Assembly: GCA_001655205.1 (NCBI GenBank) | Contig: LPNZ01011617.1 | Coordinates: 13,132 to 77,131 of the forward strand | DNA from: Lenisia limosa | Lineage: Eukaryota; Protista; Breviatea | Reading direction: 5' to 3' | Length of the DNA stretch: 64,000 bases | In this document: positions 11,926-25,400 of the stretch, piece after piece | Numbering within the stretch: position 1 is the stretch's first letter | Layout of the letters: each line of letters opens with the position of its first letter | Notes under the pieces: model-generated | The model's database searches: none | Seen by the model: only the letters and a program-made list of their open reading frames with translations | What the model was told of the DNA's origin: nothing | Made by a program: the position numbers and the translations under genes

Positions 11926-13912
11926 CTAGTGGCTTCGGTACTCTTAAAGGCGGATTGGTGAGCCTTGACCCACCGGATGGCGGGGAGGCTATCTAGGCGC
12001 CTACAAGCCTGGGAAATGGCCAGCGAAGGCGGCGTTCCTAGGGTGGGGTGACGTAGTCATGGCGTCATTGACGGCGCTCAATTACCCTGTTGTCACAGTG
12101 GATTGTAACTAGAGCTGTCGGTGGGTATTAGGATGGCGTGGAGGATAGTTAGTCCTTCAGTTGCGTATATTGATGCTTCCATACTCGGTGGAGTGGATCT
12201 TGAAATTTCAATTTTCAGCTTTGGGATGAATATTCTATATCCTGTTTTACCCGATGTGGTGAGGGAACCGTCCGTGAAAAAGTCAACCGTTGCTGCTGCG
12301 GAGACAATCGGAATGAGAGGTGGGGGTGGATCGGGAGGAGGAGATGGCCTGTAGTGGGGCGCGATTCTTCCCTTATACTCCGAGGGGAGAGGCTTATGTT
12401 CTAGTAGCTCGAGAATCTTTGAGCATCGCCAACAACCGTGCGGACCTTCTGGCCAAGAAGGCGACATCGGGTCAAGGGGTCGAAGTAAGGGAACCACATC
12501 CTCTACCTCCTGACCGAATCACAAGGATCCCTCATCCTGTACTCATCATCACTGGAGGTCTCACCAGAAGGGACCCCAGGTCCGACGACCAGGGCCTTCT
12601 GCCTTGGTCACGCTTCCAGGACAGCGGAAGCTCACAGCCACCGGCTCCNNNNNNNNNNNNNNNNNNNNNNNNNNNNNNNNNNNNNNNNNNNNNNNNNNNN
12701 NNNNNNNNNNNNNNNNNNNNNNNNNNNNNNNNNNNNNNNNNNNNNNNNNNNNNNNNNNNNNNNNNNNNNNNNNNNNNNNNNNNNNNNNNNNNNNNNNNNN
12801 NNNNNNNNNNNNNNNNNNNNNNNNNNNNNNNNNNNNNNNNNNNNNNNNNNNNNNNNNNNNNNNNNNNNNNNNNNNNNNNNNNNNNNNNNNNNNNNNNNNN
12901 NNNNNNNNNNNNNNNNNNNNNNNNNNNNNNNNNNNNNNNNNNNATTGGCCCGTCCATCAAGACCATGATCATGGATGCGCTCCTATTCCCAGCTCCGGAG
13001 ACCAAGAAGAGAGCCATTTCGGCTTGCCGCGACCCCGTTGGCCTTTCTCGCTTGCCACCAGCAGTCCCTCGTCCAGGAATAAAGCTCCCCTTTTCAGTCA
13101 CACCGGAGGCCTGGCTGCAGGAATCTGCCCTTGCCTCTCAAGGAGGACATGAGATCCCTTCTCGACTCCAAGGCACCGCTGCCAAATGCCCCTCCGGGTC
13201 TGGCAAACCCGCTGTGACCTCTTGGAGGAGGCTGGCCCGCCCAACAGACCAGTTGCGGTCCCTGAAAGCCCGTCCGTCACCATGGACACCATCGTCACCT
13301 TGATCCCTGGGCCCTCGCCAACACCTGTCCAACCATTGTCGTACTCCCTATCACCTTCATTGTCACCTTCGCCACCCCCATCACCTCCAATTCCTTGACC
13401 TCTATCGCGCCGCCTCCGACCCCGGACACCCACGGACTTCGACTTTGACATCGCCAGGGGGGTCATCACGGGCAACCTCACCACCCACCCGATCATGACC
13501 TTCCATGGCCCTATATGTCCGTCGTTCCGGGAGTACCTGGGCTTATCTCACCTCACTAACCTCAACCATGCTACTTCACCTGCGAAACTATCAAGGACCC
13601 CCTCTCGTCCCCCGGAAACAACAGCCCGGACACCCAAACTCTCCTTGGCAATGCCCACAAGAGCCCTGAGCCCCGGCTTGCTAACCTCTCAATGCACTAC
13701 GCGCTACAGATCCCCACATACGCAATCTATACTGGCACAAACGAATTCATACCCAGGCTGGTATGTTTTGTCCAGTACATTTGGCACGGTTAAGTGTTCA
13801 TCGAGGCGTTGCCAACCTCCACTCATGAAAATTAATCTTCCACCAGTCAAATAGTGGTGGAAACTCTTGTTGACAGTTGTTTTTGTTTTCAGAAGAAAAA
13901 AAAAGAAAAAAA
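11926..13912 (+). mobile_element. 5'-truncated, 5'-inverted non-LTR retrotransposon (RNase H + C-terminal CCHC-like region, A-rich tail), decayed
   Basis: RNase H FFTDGS (12262-12282), HCDN and IRWVKAH (11959-11979) lie on the minus strand. Their continuation SIANNRADLLAK lies on the plus strand (12422-12457). CPS...NH.YFTC at ~13515-13590, stop ~13793, A-rich tail 13891-13912. There are frameshifts and an internal N-gap. Confidence 0.8.
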
Positions 13913-14439
13913 TTAGCGAGTAGGAAATTGAGTCACAGCAGTCACAGTTGAGTCATTTATTGTTGACAGCTTCAGTGTGTAGTTATGTAATTAGGTAATT
14001 ATTCTATATGATATGATACTATATAGCTATACTATATATATATAACGATTATGCCAAAACAGTGGTGGATGGTGGAAACCGGGTTTTGGAGAGTGGTGGC
14101 CCCTTGTGAAACTGCAAAGTCCCTGTGTCATCCGAGATGAAGAGACCAAGACCCTTCAAGATGCCTGAAACCATATGGTCCTTCGTTTCAATGCATATTT
14201 TTTAAAAAGTACATGAGGATTGCAGCTGAATTGATAGATTGATACAGTCCAGGATCTTGGTGTATTTCCTGTGCAGTTTCAAGACTGCAAAAACAGGAAT
14301 ATCATATTTGTTCATGAAGTCCCTATTTGATCACGTTGAATTGGTGACAAAAATATTGCATTGCATTACCTAAAGATGGAAAGAAACAAGAACCATGAGC
14401 ACGACTACTCTACTCGGCAACAATACTGGAGGGTCTAAC

Positions 14440-17400
14440 CAGTCAGACTGAACATTGCAAACTCATATCATCATATCATCAACCAGCAAACATTGAATTG
14501 TCGTACACATAAGACTCGGCAAAACGATCAAACAGCGCGGCCATTGGGGGGAGCGTATGTGCGGGTGCGGAAAGGAGGTCAAGAGCGTTTTTGTTGGCGG
14601 CATGGGACCCGGCTTGGAGACCCTCTGCGCTGTCTGAACAGTGAGGATTCGAACATTAGGACCAATCATGCACGCGACAAACCTTCCAAAGCAGTGTTCT
14701 TTGACTTGGTCATCGCATTACCGAATGTTCGGGTTATCAGCGATCCGGTTTTGTATTCCTGTGAGGTCAGAGGCAGGAAACGAAAAAGAAACGAGGGTAT
14801 CAATTATTGGCCAAACCATAGGGTCATTTTGGGTGAAAGTCAACCTGGTGATTTCACCGGTTTCAGCATTAATGGCTTTGAATTCATGGCGGTTGGTGAG
14901 GATGTGGAGGGTCTCGGGAGCTGCGGGTATATTAGTGAGGATGAAGAGGAATTGCCATCACATGAGACAAAACACAAACAAAGCAAAACTTTNNNNNNNN
15001 NNNNNNNNNNNNNNNNNNNNNNNNNNNNNNNNNNNNNNNNNNNNNNNNNNNNNNNNNNNNNNNNNNNNNNNNNNNNNNNNNNNNNNNNNNNNNNNNNNNN
15101 NNNNNNNNNNNNNNNNNNNNNNNNCATTTTGAGAAGGCAAGAGCGATGGAGTGCGTGTTGGTGGGAAGGTGGACTGTTTGAGTTGGCTCGGGGCCCTTCA
15201 ACGGTTAGTTCAACGATATAGTGCAATTCTTCGGTGTTTAAAACAATAAAGGTGCGACGATTGTTTTTCATATACCCCGGTACAATTTTAACCACAATAT
15301 TATCTATCCTCAGGAGATAAAAATAGTTTTTTTTTTTATCAATTGCGCACTTAAAATGTATAATAAAAGTGACAAAAGCAAGCAGAATAATAAAACGTCC
15401 TTCCGCCTCGCATTGAACAACTCTGCTCACTGAATTAGAAAAGAAGAGGACGATGCATTCGGAGTTGCCGTTGACAACACTCACGGCGGCAGCGGCCTTG
15501 CTATCTTGCTCAACAAAGTGGTGTGGTGTGGAAACCATGTCTGCAGAGTAATGGCATTTCAAATGAAAATATCGGCCCTTGGGTGCCCTCATCACATTCA
15601 AAAACTGTGTTTTTTTCATCCTCACCAATAACTTGAGAACCTTCTGGAAGGCTGGCAGACCACCAGGCGGTTGTGATGACCATGTTCCAACAGACAACAT
15701 GACTACAAAGTCACTTCGGCCAAAAATAACGCGGAAGATAAAAAACATTCCGAACCTGTCGTGGCGGGTCATGATGTATCCTGTGTCGGCCATGAATTTG
15801 ATAGCTCGGATAGGTCCGGCGGCGGGTTGTGACATTGAAGACAACATATGCATTGTGTCAGGGTTCCACAGGGTGAGCGTCTGAAGGAAATTAGCGGGAT
15901 AAGACGAATAACAGTTCGGGGTGCAGAGGAGCTGCTCATTACCTCCTCAAAAGCGATCGCCAGTACAGAGCCGTCCTTAGAGAACTCAAGGCAACGCGCC
16001 GGTCTATCTTTGTATGTGGCCGAGGCCTTGCAGAAAAAGGACGGACCGAGGCTTTTCGGATCTTGTGCCAACTGTGACGGAACCCAAATCTGCAGCGGTA
16101 ATATGGCGCTTTCAAATTTTTATTGCAGAATGACTGATTTCACCACCCCCATACTTTGACAACACCCTCATCATCAGACGAAGCAACCATGTTCTGCCGG
16201 GGGTGGAATGCCATTCCCGTTACCAGGCCCTGAAGAATAAGACGGGGAGTATGAAGAATAAGACGGGGGGTATGAAGGAAAAGAGCTTGTCTAAAATCGA
16301 ACTTGAATTTTTTGATTTTGTTCATAAAAATATCATTTTTTATTTTAAAGTACAGCCGCTAAAAAACATTCCACCATCCATTGTTAGATGAGCTGAAAAG
16401 AGCTATCCATCAAACTCTATGCGGTTCTGACACGCGGGCGAACTCCACATAGGCCTTGGACTGAGGGTGGGGAGCCCAAAGGCGCAGGGTCTGGAGGTGG
16501 CTCGACATCAGACTCATAACCGTCTAAAATGTGTGAGCACTGCAGCACAAATCCCTCAACACACCCGATCCCATTGCACCCTGTCAACACCACACATGAT
16601 CCCATCACACCCTGTCAACAGTACACAGGATTTGAGCATCTGATGAGAAGGCGGCGTGAAGAACGCGGTTGTAGGCGATAGGAGGAGGGGTATCGCCGCC
16701 CTTCATCTGTCTATTTGCGTCAAAGATCATCATAATCAGGATAGCGCCACATAACATATAAAAGCCCTCATACACAGTACTCATTTGGACGTGCGGGGCC
16801 ACGGTGAGATTGAACACAAACGCGTCACGTGAGAGATCGTAACTCTGCACACAGCCCGGGCCAGAGTTAAACAAAACCTGGGGGGGGGGGGNNNNNNNNN
16901 NNNNNNNNNNNNNNNNNNNNNNNNNNNNNNNNNNNNNNNNNNNNNNNNNNNNNNNNNNNNNNNNNNNNNNNNNNNNNNNNNNNNNNNNNNNNNNNNNNNN
17001 NNNNNNNNNNGTTTAACAACTAAAGGATTGACCAATATACCTGGTTTGTACCAGGGATGGTGACGAGCCCTGTACTGAGACGCTCAGCGCCAACATGCCC
17101 TAAAGAGTAAAAAAAGACACTGGCAAAGGTACAGCAAGACCAGCCCACCATGCTCTTTGATTCTGTTAGTCCTGGAAACCTTTGACAACGAACCACTGTT
17201 GATCACAAGTACCTCGGTTGCACCCAAAGCTGGAGGGTCAGTGAAAGAAGGGGCGGGAGAATGCTAAGCATCAAGAAACCAAGCAAAGTTTACAAGGGAA
17301 GCCAGTACCCACCAAGGGCGTAGTACTTTTGGTTCGGGGAGACAGTGATGCCATTAATATGTCCGGCCAGGCGAGGGAGGAAGGACTTTTGCCCGGTTGT

Positions 17401-19414
17401 CAGATGCCACGAGATAAGAACGTTTTCACGACCACCAGTGAGAAGATACAACCCATCACTTGTGTGTGTCATGCTTTTGATCTGATAGTGAGAGAGGTAA
17501 ATGTAAATGGGCCGGCTCCGTACCTTATATGAATGCCAATGCATGGTGGAGTAGTAACTGATCGTGTCGGATTCGCCAAACTGAGACTAAATAGCAATTA
17601 ATCCCGACCTGGAATGGTGCCATAACAAAACTATCAGTCAAACCATGATATCAATGGGCAAAACCAGGCTCACCTTGGGGGGCGAGTCTTGGTACTTCCA
17701 TGAGACAATGCGTCCAATGGAGTCGCCCAAAACCAGGACAGGCTCAGTGGGACTGAAGCTCAAGTTCGCCAGCGCGTTGATGTGTGAGAATCTAGGAGTC
17801 AGGCTGGTCTGAAGATGCAACAAAGAACGCAATGGTGACTAGCACAATGACCTACGATTTTGACTTGCCCGTTTTGATGTTCCAAAGAAGACAGCGCTTA
17901 GCCTGAAGAATGGCCAGGGTGTCTCGGCAGTAGGCAACTTTCTCAATCTTTTGACTACTCCAGTGAGTAATAATGTGAAAATGTGAACAGGAAATTGAAG
18001 AATGAAATCCAGCAGATTGATGTCCCTCTTACCTGATTTTGTTGTAAAGGGACGTAACCATTCCCGAGACAACGTCAAGACGCGTAATCTCTGTGAACTG
18101 CAGGGTGAACTAAAGACCTTTGTTGAAGCAAAAAAAAAAAAACAGAATGAACAACAAGCACCTTCTCCAACACAAGCCCGACCAACGAATTTGTTTTCAA
18201 CAGGAGTTTCAAGAACTAAAAGCACGGACTGCGAACCGGGAGGCCCATTCAGAACCTTGGGGGGTTAACGGCGTGGGTGGGAAGTAAAATTAGAAAATGT
18301 TTGAAAAAAAAAGAAAAGAAAAAAAGCCCAAATCAACTNNNNNNNNNNNNNNNNNNNNNNNNNNNNNNNNNNNNNNNNNNNNNNNNNNNNNNNNNNNNNN
18401 NNNNNNNNNNNNNNNNNNNNNNNNNNNNNNNNNNNNNNNNNNNNNNNNNNNNNNNNNNNNNNACAATCTTCCTTCCCAAGTCAATCACCTAAAAAAAAAA
18501 AAATGAGAAACGCTCAACTAGCTGCAAGGAGAAATACAATAGAAACGGGGAACAAGAACGTACCTTCGTGACTCTGGACTCCATGTAGTCCCAAAGCATA
18601 ACACGGCCGTCACGCGATGCTGAAATCAACTGGAAGGTGAGGAGGGGTGTGAGGAAATACCCAAACAATCGCTAAAAACATCAAGCGCAGGAAGGTCGTG
18701 AAAGCGGACACAAGAAAAGAGAAGGTTGACCATGTCACTTCCTCCAATCCCCCTTTATCAATGGAAGGGAGGAACAAGAATGAACTGGGAAAAACAACAA
18801 CAACAATAATAATTATAAAACAGAAAGCATTCCACCAACCTGGAAAGGGTTTGAAGGGTTGAGAGCCAAGCCGCTCACAGGGGCTGTGTGACGGTTCAGT
18901 TCCCTGGATTATCATGACAATAGTCATGCAAGAAAATTGACAAAATATAATTTGAGAGGGTCCAAACAACTCACACTTTGAGAAATTATTGTTTTTATAT
19001 TTCTTCATTTCAATCCCAATGCGCATCACCAGTCCACAACCTCCATACTTGTAGAGCTTGCCAGATAAAGTGGAGATCATCTTAATGATACTATCACAGA
19101 TGCTGAACATGAACCTGGGACCATCAGATTAGACTCTTAAATCATAAAAGCTCATTTTTAACGAGAGGGGGACGCATAGAGAGGCCCCAGACCTGCTGTC
19201 ATGGGAGAAAACAACTCCAGTATTCTCAAGTCCATGCCCTTGACCGAGGTCTTCTACGTCAGGAAGCTCAACAGGGGCAACATACTCCACCAGGTTGACG
19301 AGGGAAACGTTGTCTGAATTCAGCGGCTCCTAAAAGCCAATGAAATCTTATTCAGATGTATTTTTATATCTTCATCAATACTAAACAAAGGCTTACAATG
19401 GCGACCTCGTCCAT
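14440..19414 (-). CDS. WDR75: WD repeat protein 75 / UTP17 (t-UTP, SSU processome); 3' end approximate
   Basis: MDEVAI|EPL...VVFSHDSR|FMFSIC; LISASRDGRVMLWDY; HWHSYK; LLTGGRENVLISWHLTTGQKSFLPRLAGHINGITVSPNQ; GMAFHPRQNMVASSDDEGVVKVW; C-terminal LLSAPAHTLPPMAALFDRF. Confidence 0.92.
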
Positions 19415-19625
19415 TGTGAACGGAGGAAAACAAAGATTCACAAAACTACAAGATTTAACCTGTTGTTTAACAAACTACACTTTAGGAACCACAACTTGTC
19501 GCTCAAAAAGAACATTTCTTTCCTCGAATTTGCTAAAAACGGATAACACTGGTCCAAAATAAACATTCCCCATCCAACTGCTCTCACTCATCTCTCACTA
19601 GTTGAAGTGGAAATTGAGTGGCCTG
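19415..19625. promoter_or_regulatory. Putative bidirectional promoter between WDR75 and RAD51B (~210 bp)
   Basis: Inferred start codons are divergent (19414 minus, 19626 plus). Confidence 0.5.
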
Positions 19626-22180
19626 ATGTCATCAGGCGTACGTATTACAAATGCAGGGCTTCGGAAAGACCAAGAGTTACGATTGCAGAATGCAGGAGTG
19701 AAGTCTATTCGTGTTTGTTTGCCTCTCCTTCTTCTTTCATCTTGCTCTTACAGTCTACTAATTTAGTAGGATATGATGGAAAAGGTTCCAGCTGAAATAG
19801 TGGTATGCAAGGATCCTAGTCTGTTATCACCTTCTGCGTTCACCCCGCTAAAGTCATTCAGTTTGAAGCATCTATGTGCCAGTGTGAAGTTGATGAAGTT
19901 TATGAGAAGCTTTCCTCCAGGGTCATTCCAAGTGTTATGACGGTTGGCATTGGGTTGGAGCTGCCAGCGTTCTTGTAGATTTGCCAACATGCACTTTTAG
20001 CTGTTCCAAAATAATGAAGATTCTTAAGTGACCGTCAGGCTGACAAACTCCTTGGCGAACGTTGGTTTTTTCCCACTTCCCTTGGCCCGTTGGATGAGGC
20101 CCTTTCAGGAGGCCTCCCTTGTGGTACTCTCACGGAGGTTGGCAACCATGAAACAATTCTTATCTTCAAACGTTGGCTTTGTTGAAGGCAAATTCCCTCT
20201 CCAGTTTATTCAGGGCCTATCCAAATAAGGGCACAAGAAATTCAGTTAAGTAGCAATAAATATAATTTTTGAAGTAAAGCCCACATATATTAGATTCTTA
20301 AAATAAAGCATGGACTTTTCACTTTTCGTATTCACCATCCAGGTTGTTGGACCAGCCGGGTATGTTTCCCACCTCATTAGTTAGTCACGTCATTGTAATT
20401 TTTTGTGCTACAAATATTACATGCCTGTAGTAAATGTCTAATTTCCTCCAGTGTTGGGAAAACACAGTTCAACCTTACTCTTACGGCTATATGTTCTTTT
20501 GGTTACGGTTGTGTTGGTAAGAGGGATTATTATCATCTCAAACAGGTTGATAAAAAGCACATTTCATCTTATACTTTTTACCTTACTAATTATTGTTAAG
20601 AGCCCAAAGATGTTCTGTATATTGACACCGAAGGTTCATTTAGTGCGCAAAGGTATAGTGGCGTGTTCTTAAATTGTCGTGTGCCCCCCCCCCCTTTCTT
20701 ATTGCGTCGTAATATTTGACAATTTTGGGTTTTTTTTTTCCAAAATTATTTTTCTCAAGCTGAAATAGTGGTTTACTCCCTAATGATTCAGATTAATGGA
20801 GTTATTATCGATGCAAGGCATTCCACAGGGTAGGTCCAATTTACTCTTTAGGTAACCTTCCAAATCTTTACCGTTTTAGTTCAAGTCCAAGAGGCGATCA
20901 AAAGAGTACATTTATTTTCCCCTCAATCCATGAAAGACCTGAATGAATTGTTTGCGTTTCCTATTGTTTATGTTTGACATCCAACAATCTACCCACTATG
21001 AGCTGAGCTGTTATCATGAGGCACAAAATTACATAAATGTTCATACTATTCAATCAATACCAACTTTGTTCAGAGTTGACACAATGGAGGAACTTGTTAT
21101 CAGTCATGATGTCAAGCTCATTATTGTTGATAGTGTTGCGGCTTTAGCAAGATCGGTAAGTCAAAAAGAATATGTAATTTTACATTTGTGCAGGAATTTA
21201 ATTCAGGGAACTCTGTCGAAAGGTCCCAGCACTTAGCTAACTTTGCCGGGCAATTAAAGTAGGAAAGCAAGGAGCGTTTTGTTCACCGCTTTAGAGACAT
21301 ATCAGCAACTTATGATTTGATTGTTGTGGTTTCCAATCAGGTCAAGAGAAGATTTTCCAAGGAGAAGAGTTTCAAATTTATACAAAATGAAGGTAATATA
21401 TATGGATGAGTGCTTAATACTCATTTATTTTTGGAGGAAATAGTATTGTGTTGTCAAGAATACCGCATCTGTAACTTTGCAAAGTATCCTCAAAAATTGA
21501 TTTCTGTTGTATTGAAGAGGTGTAGTGAAGTTCAGTTCAGCATTTTTTTTTTACAAGTCTTATGGCATCATTTAGAGGCAGTCGATGGCAGAGATGACGA
21601 AGACGATGTGGCCCCTGCACTGGGGTAAGCAAGGGGATTGTGAGGAGACACATATATCATCATGTGTAAATTCCGCGGTTTTAATCCTTTCAGGCCAACA
21701 TGGGCACATTTACCTTCAGTTAGACTTCTGTTAGAGTATGACAGTTGGTGGGTTAACGTCTAATGAGCCCGTTTGTTTTGACATTATTATGAAATGTAAA
21801 AGGAAATACTGGCAACCTGAATGGGCATATCCGTTAATTCACCATTGTCAGTCATTCCCTTCTGATTTGCTGACCCTTTTTTTAGAGCTCTCTCCACACA
21901 TCAGATGGGCAAGGATAGGAAAATGTCCATGTAAGCAGAACATTTTTGAAAAAAACCATTTCATTATTTATTTGTCTTGGATGGACCTTCTTTCCCCTGT
22001 TGGCACTCATTCCATAGATGCAAATAATGTCAAAGTGCAGTTTGAGATTACAGCGGAAGGCCTGAATACGGGCTCCTTACAACGTAAGTTTCCACTCTAT
22101 GGAGTTTAATGACGGCAGGGGCTGGTGGAAGACACACCTCACTAAGAGGCAAAACGGTGTCTGCAATGAGACTTGTTTAG
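19626..22180 (+). CDS. RAD51B: RAD51 paralog, most like RAD51B
   Basis: MSSGVRITNAGLRKDQELRLQNAG; LDEALSGGLPCGTLTE|VVGPAG|VGKTQF (Walker A); VLYIDTEGSFSAQR; LIIVDSVAAL (Walker B); VVVSNQ; PALG|PTWAH. Last exon uncertain. Confidence 0.85.
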
Positions 22181-22434
22181 TACTCTTATGTTACTCGGTA
22201 AATCTGATGAAGTCAGCGGCGGCATGTAAACCCACTATATTTTCCATTTTGTGACATTTTAGGTTTGCTCAGACGCAGAATAAAATCCACTGTGTCACAG
22301 CAAGAAAGTTCTTGCTATTAATTATTATTTATTACAAAGAGGGGGGGTATTGTCCAACAAAAGTAAGAAGCTACATTACAAAGATCATTATCCACTCAAT
22401 TTATGATCTCTTCTCTTGATTCTATTCAAGCCAT

Positions 22435-25400
22435 TCATGAATGAGTAACAAGAATGGTCTCTCTGACGTTACTCTGCCCATCCGTGTACTCTTCAGCAAC
22501 TTGGCAGGTCATGTTCTGAATAATTAACATTTGATCTGGCTCAAACTTCAATCTCAAAAGCTAGGTTGTTCAAATACACCAACCTGTTCCTTGGCTTTTT
22601 TGGCCAAAAGAGCAGTGTTACCACCAAGACCGAAATAGTAACGCTTTGCTCCAAAAAAAGCAGACCCGGACGGTTTCATTGTTCCCTTCACCGCCTGGTT
22701 GTAAAAGGTATTTCTAACAAACCCAATAGCAAGAACCAAGGCCCAAATTAGAAATTCAACAAACAGCCAACCTTCATAAGAGCTGGAAGGCTGGATATCG
22801 AGTAGATCGTGTCGGTTGACAAAATATAGTCATAACCTAAACGGTAAGTAAAAAGCGAATTCTAAAATAAGCCAAAAAGCAGACCTTCAAACGCATTCTG
22901 CATCACGAGCTTATCAAAGAAATTCCAGTCCCCGCTGATAAAACGAGCATTGCCAACTTGCTGTCTGAAAGATAAAATGTAGGTGAACTGCTTTTTTGCT
23001 ATGAGTAGTCTAGTTTTTCAAAGATAACATGGATACATTTTTATTCGTTCATTCAATTTGAGATTTCGTCTTGTTCTTTCATCTCAACGTTATTTTTATT
23101 CTGCGCTCTCTTTGAGAAATTAGGAGCCTGGTCGAAGCCATGGGAGTATATAATCTAAGCATGGGGAAACATGGGTCACCCTTGCAAAATTTGGAGACAT
23201 TTCAAGTGGAGTGGCTCGGATGCAGCCGCTATTTTGCAGAATCAAATATTTCAATGCTTAGATGAAAGACTAGTACTTTGTTTCACTCAGCTTTTTGAAC
23301 TTTGGGGCTAAAAGCGAGATGAGATGTGCACCGTTTGGATATAATGCTACTAACCTCTCTACTCCCCGTAAAAAACTGTTTAATTGAATAAAACTTGCAT
23401 TTCCGAGAAGGAAGGCTCGAGAGAGCAAGCCAGCATTTGATGGATTTAGATATTTTCTTCATTTGATGGGGCAAATTACTGATTTCTCGACGTTCAATGC
23501 ATCTCTTTCTCTTTCCTCTAAATGTTTGTATATTTCAACAACAATCAATTTAGAGAGCAAAGGATAGAGATCAGGCGCACCCGAAAAAGAAAAATGAGAG
23601 ATCACTTCAAACTTGTACAAGAACCTAAAAAGATCGATGCACATCTCAATATTGAATTATATAAGCCGCTCTTAGGAAGGCCTATTCTTCGATTATTAAT
23701 CCGTTGATCCGAGACAGTTTTCCAAACTCTTGTGTATCCCAAGTTTCTTTTGCGTCAGAAAGTAAACGCTTTTCTTACCATTAGGAGATTTATATTTTTA
23801 GTAAATAGAAAGGGGTCGGGAAAGGACCGTTAAGTCACATTCCCAGAAGTAGAAATTCTAGTCAGGAGATGCCAATGAAATGACAATCCCAACCCTTTCC
23901 GCCTCTGGAGTGCAATGAGGGTTCCGGGATTGGCCTCCTTGCCTGAGTGATCACAAGGATGGCTGACCAAGGTAAGTTTACGGTCTGGCGAAATGACCAC
24001 ACTGAAAAACCAGGGTTTGTGCCCAGGGAAAAATACGGATTATTTTATCTATTTTGTGTTCTGAAGGTAGAGACGAGTAAATCCGAATTTTGGTGGCTAT
24101 TCTCTAGGAAGCCATGGTCGCAGGTTTGTGGTGAGTTAGGATACATACACCCGCTACAGATCAGATGATAGAGTATCAAGTGTAAGATGAGCGCAGAGGG
24201 CCTTTGAGCCTGAAAACCCCCCTTATATTGGGTTGAACTTATTGGGTTATGCTTTGTTTTTTAAAATCCAAATGTTAATAAAACGTCAGCAAAATGCTAA
24301 GCTTCCTTTGTCCACATATATATTGTATATTTGATATAATATTTTACACCCCAGTATCATTTCAAGGGTCCCTGCTGACAATGTATTGTGCTCTTTCAGG
24401 TTCTTCAACATCGTTGGCACTGTTAACCTTGACAAGACCTCTTCGTTCTGCGTATTAAAGCGGAGGGTGAAAGTGTATTATATATGCTGTTATATATTTT
24501 TTTTGTAACAATTCCTTTTTTTTTTGAAATTTTCCTAAAACTAGTAAAACTGTCAAAAAAAAAACTAGTTAATTTGATAAAATCCTAATTTAATCGCACT
24601 AATACATATGATATGATATGATGCGTAAGCATATAACAAAAAGAAAAGCTCAAAACTGTTTTTTATTAGATTCGACTGTTTTAGCCATAATATGACATTA
24701 TCACTCCCCAACATACATAATCTTGAAAGTCAACCATTGCACCTTTCAACAGAGCATAAATACCAGGAATACCAGCTCCACAGCCCAGCTACAGAGTAAG
24801 AAGATAGACTATTCATAATGTTACAGTAAATAATATTGGCTCTCTGACATCTAAAACACGTTTCCCTTCGAAGTCCACTTTCTTCTTGTCCATCCACTCG
24901 ACCAGGTCAACAGCGCACTCCCAAATCTTGAAACCCCCTGGAGAGTCAACAAAGAACTACTATTTGGGTAACAATCGTAATGTCTGCTCCTTCCCCTAAT
25001 CCTTGCCAACCCTCATAAACGCCTGGTTTCAGATCAGAGGTTTTGAGTAATCCTGCCAGGTCTGTTTCAGCCTGGAGACGGTGGATGTCCGAGACCTGAT
25101 TAATTAGGAATGCTGAGTGATCAATTAGGAATAATGCTGAGTGGTTCTGATCAGTCACTCCTTATCTTCGGATTCACAGCAAAAGCATGTGATGAAAATA
25201 TAAGTGGCAGCTATTCTTCCAAACAACAGTATCTAACAAGTGATGGAGTCAACAATAAATGTAAAACATATATGGTACATCAATTGGATCAAAGACATTT
25301 TGCTCTTCCTTTTCACATAATAAGGTCAACCCCGCACTCTTTTCAAAACAACAGCGCCATTGTTGAACTTCAAGTCATCAAACGTCAGGGTCTATGTTGT

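Noticed and set aside
14050-14330. Minus-strand protein-like reading DFMNKYDIPVFAVLKLHRK...GPPLSKTRF
   Set aside because: Interrupted by a stop, with no recognisable motif or consistent splice path. It could be extra WDR75 3' exons or a decayed fragment but cannot be supported.
14493-15221. Plus-strand 242-aa ORF
   Set aside because: Antisense to WDR75 C-terminal exons and spans an N-gap.
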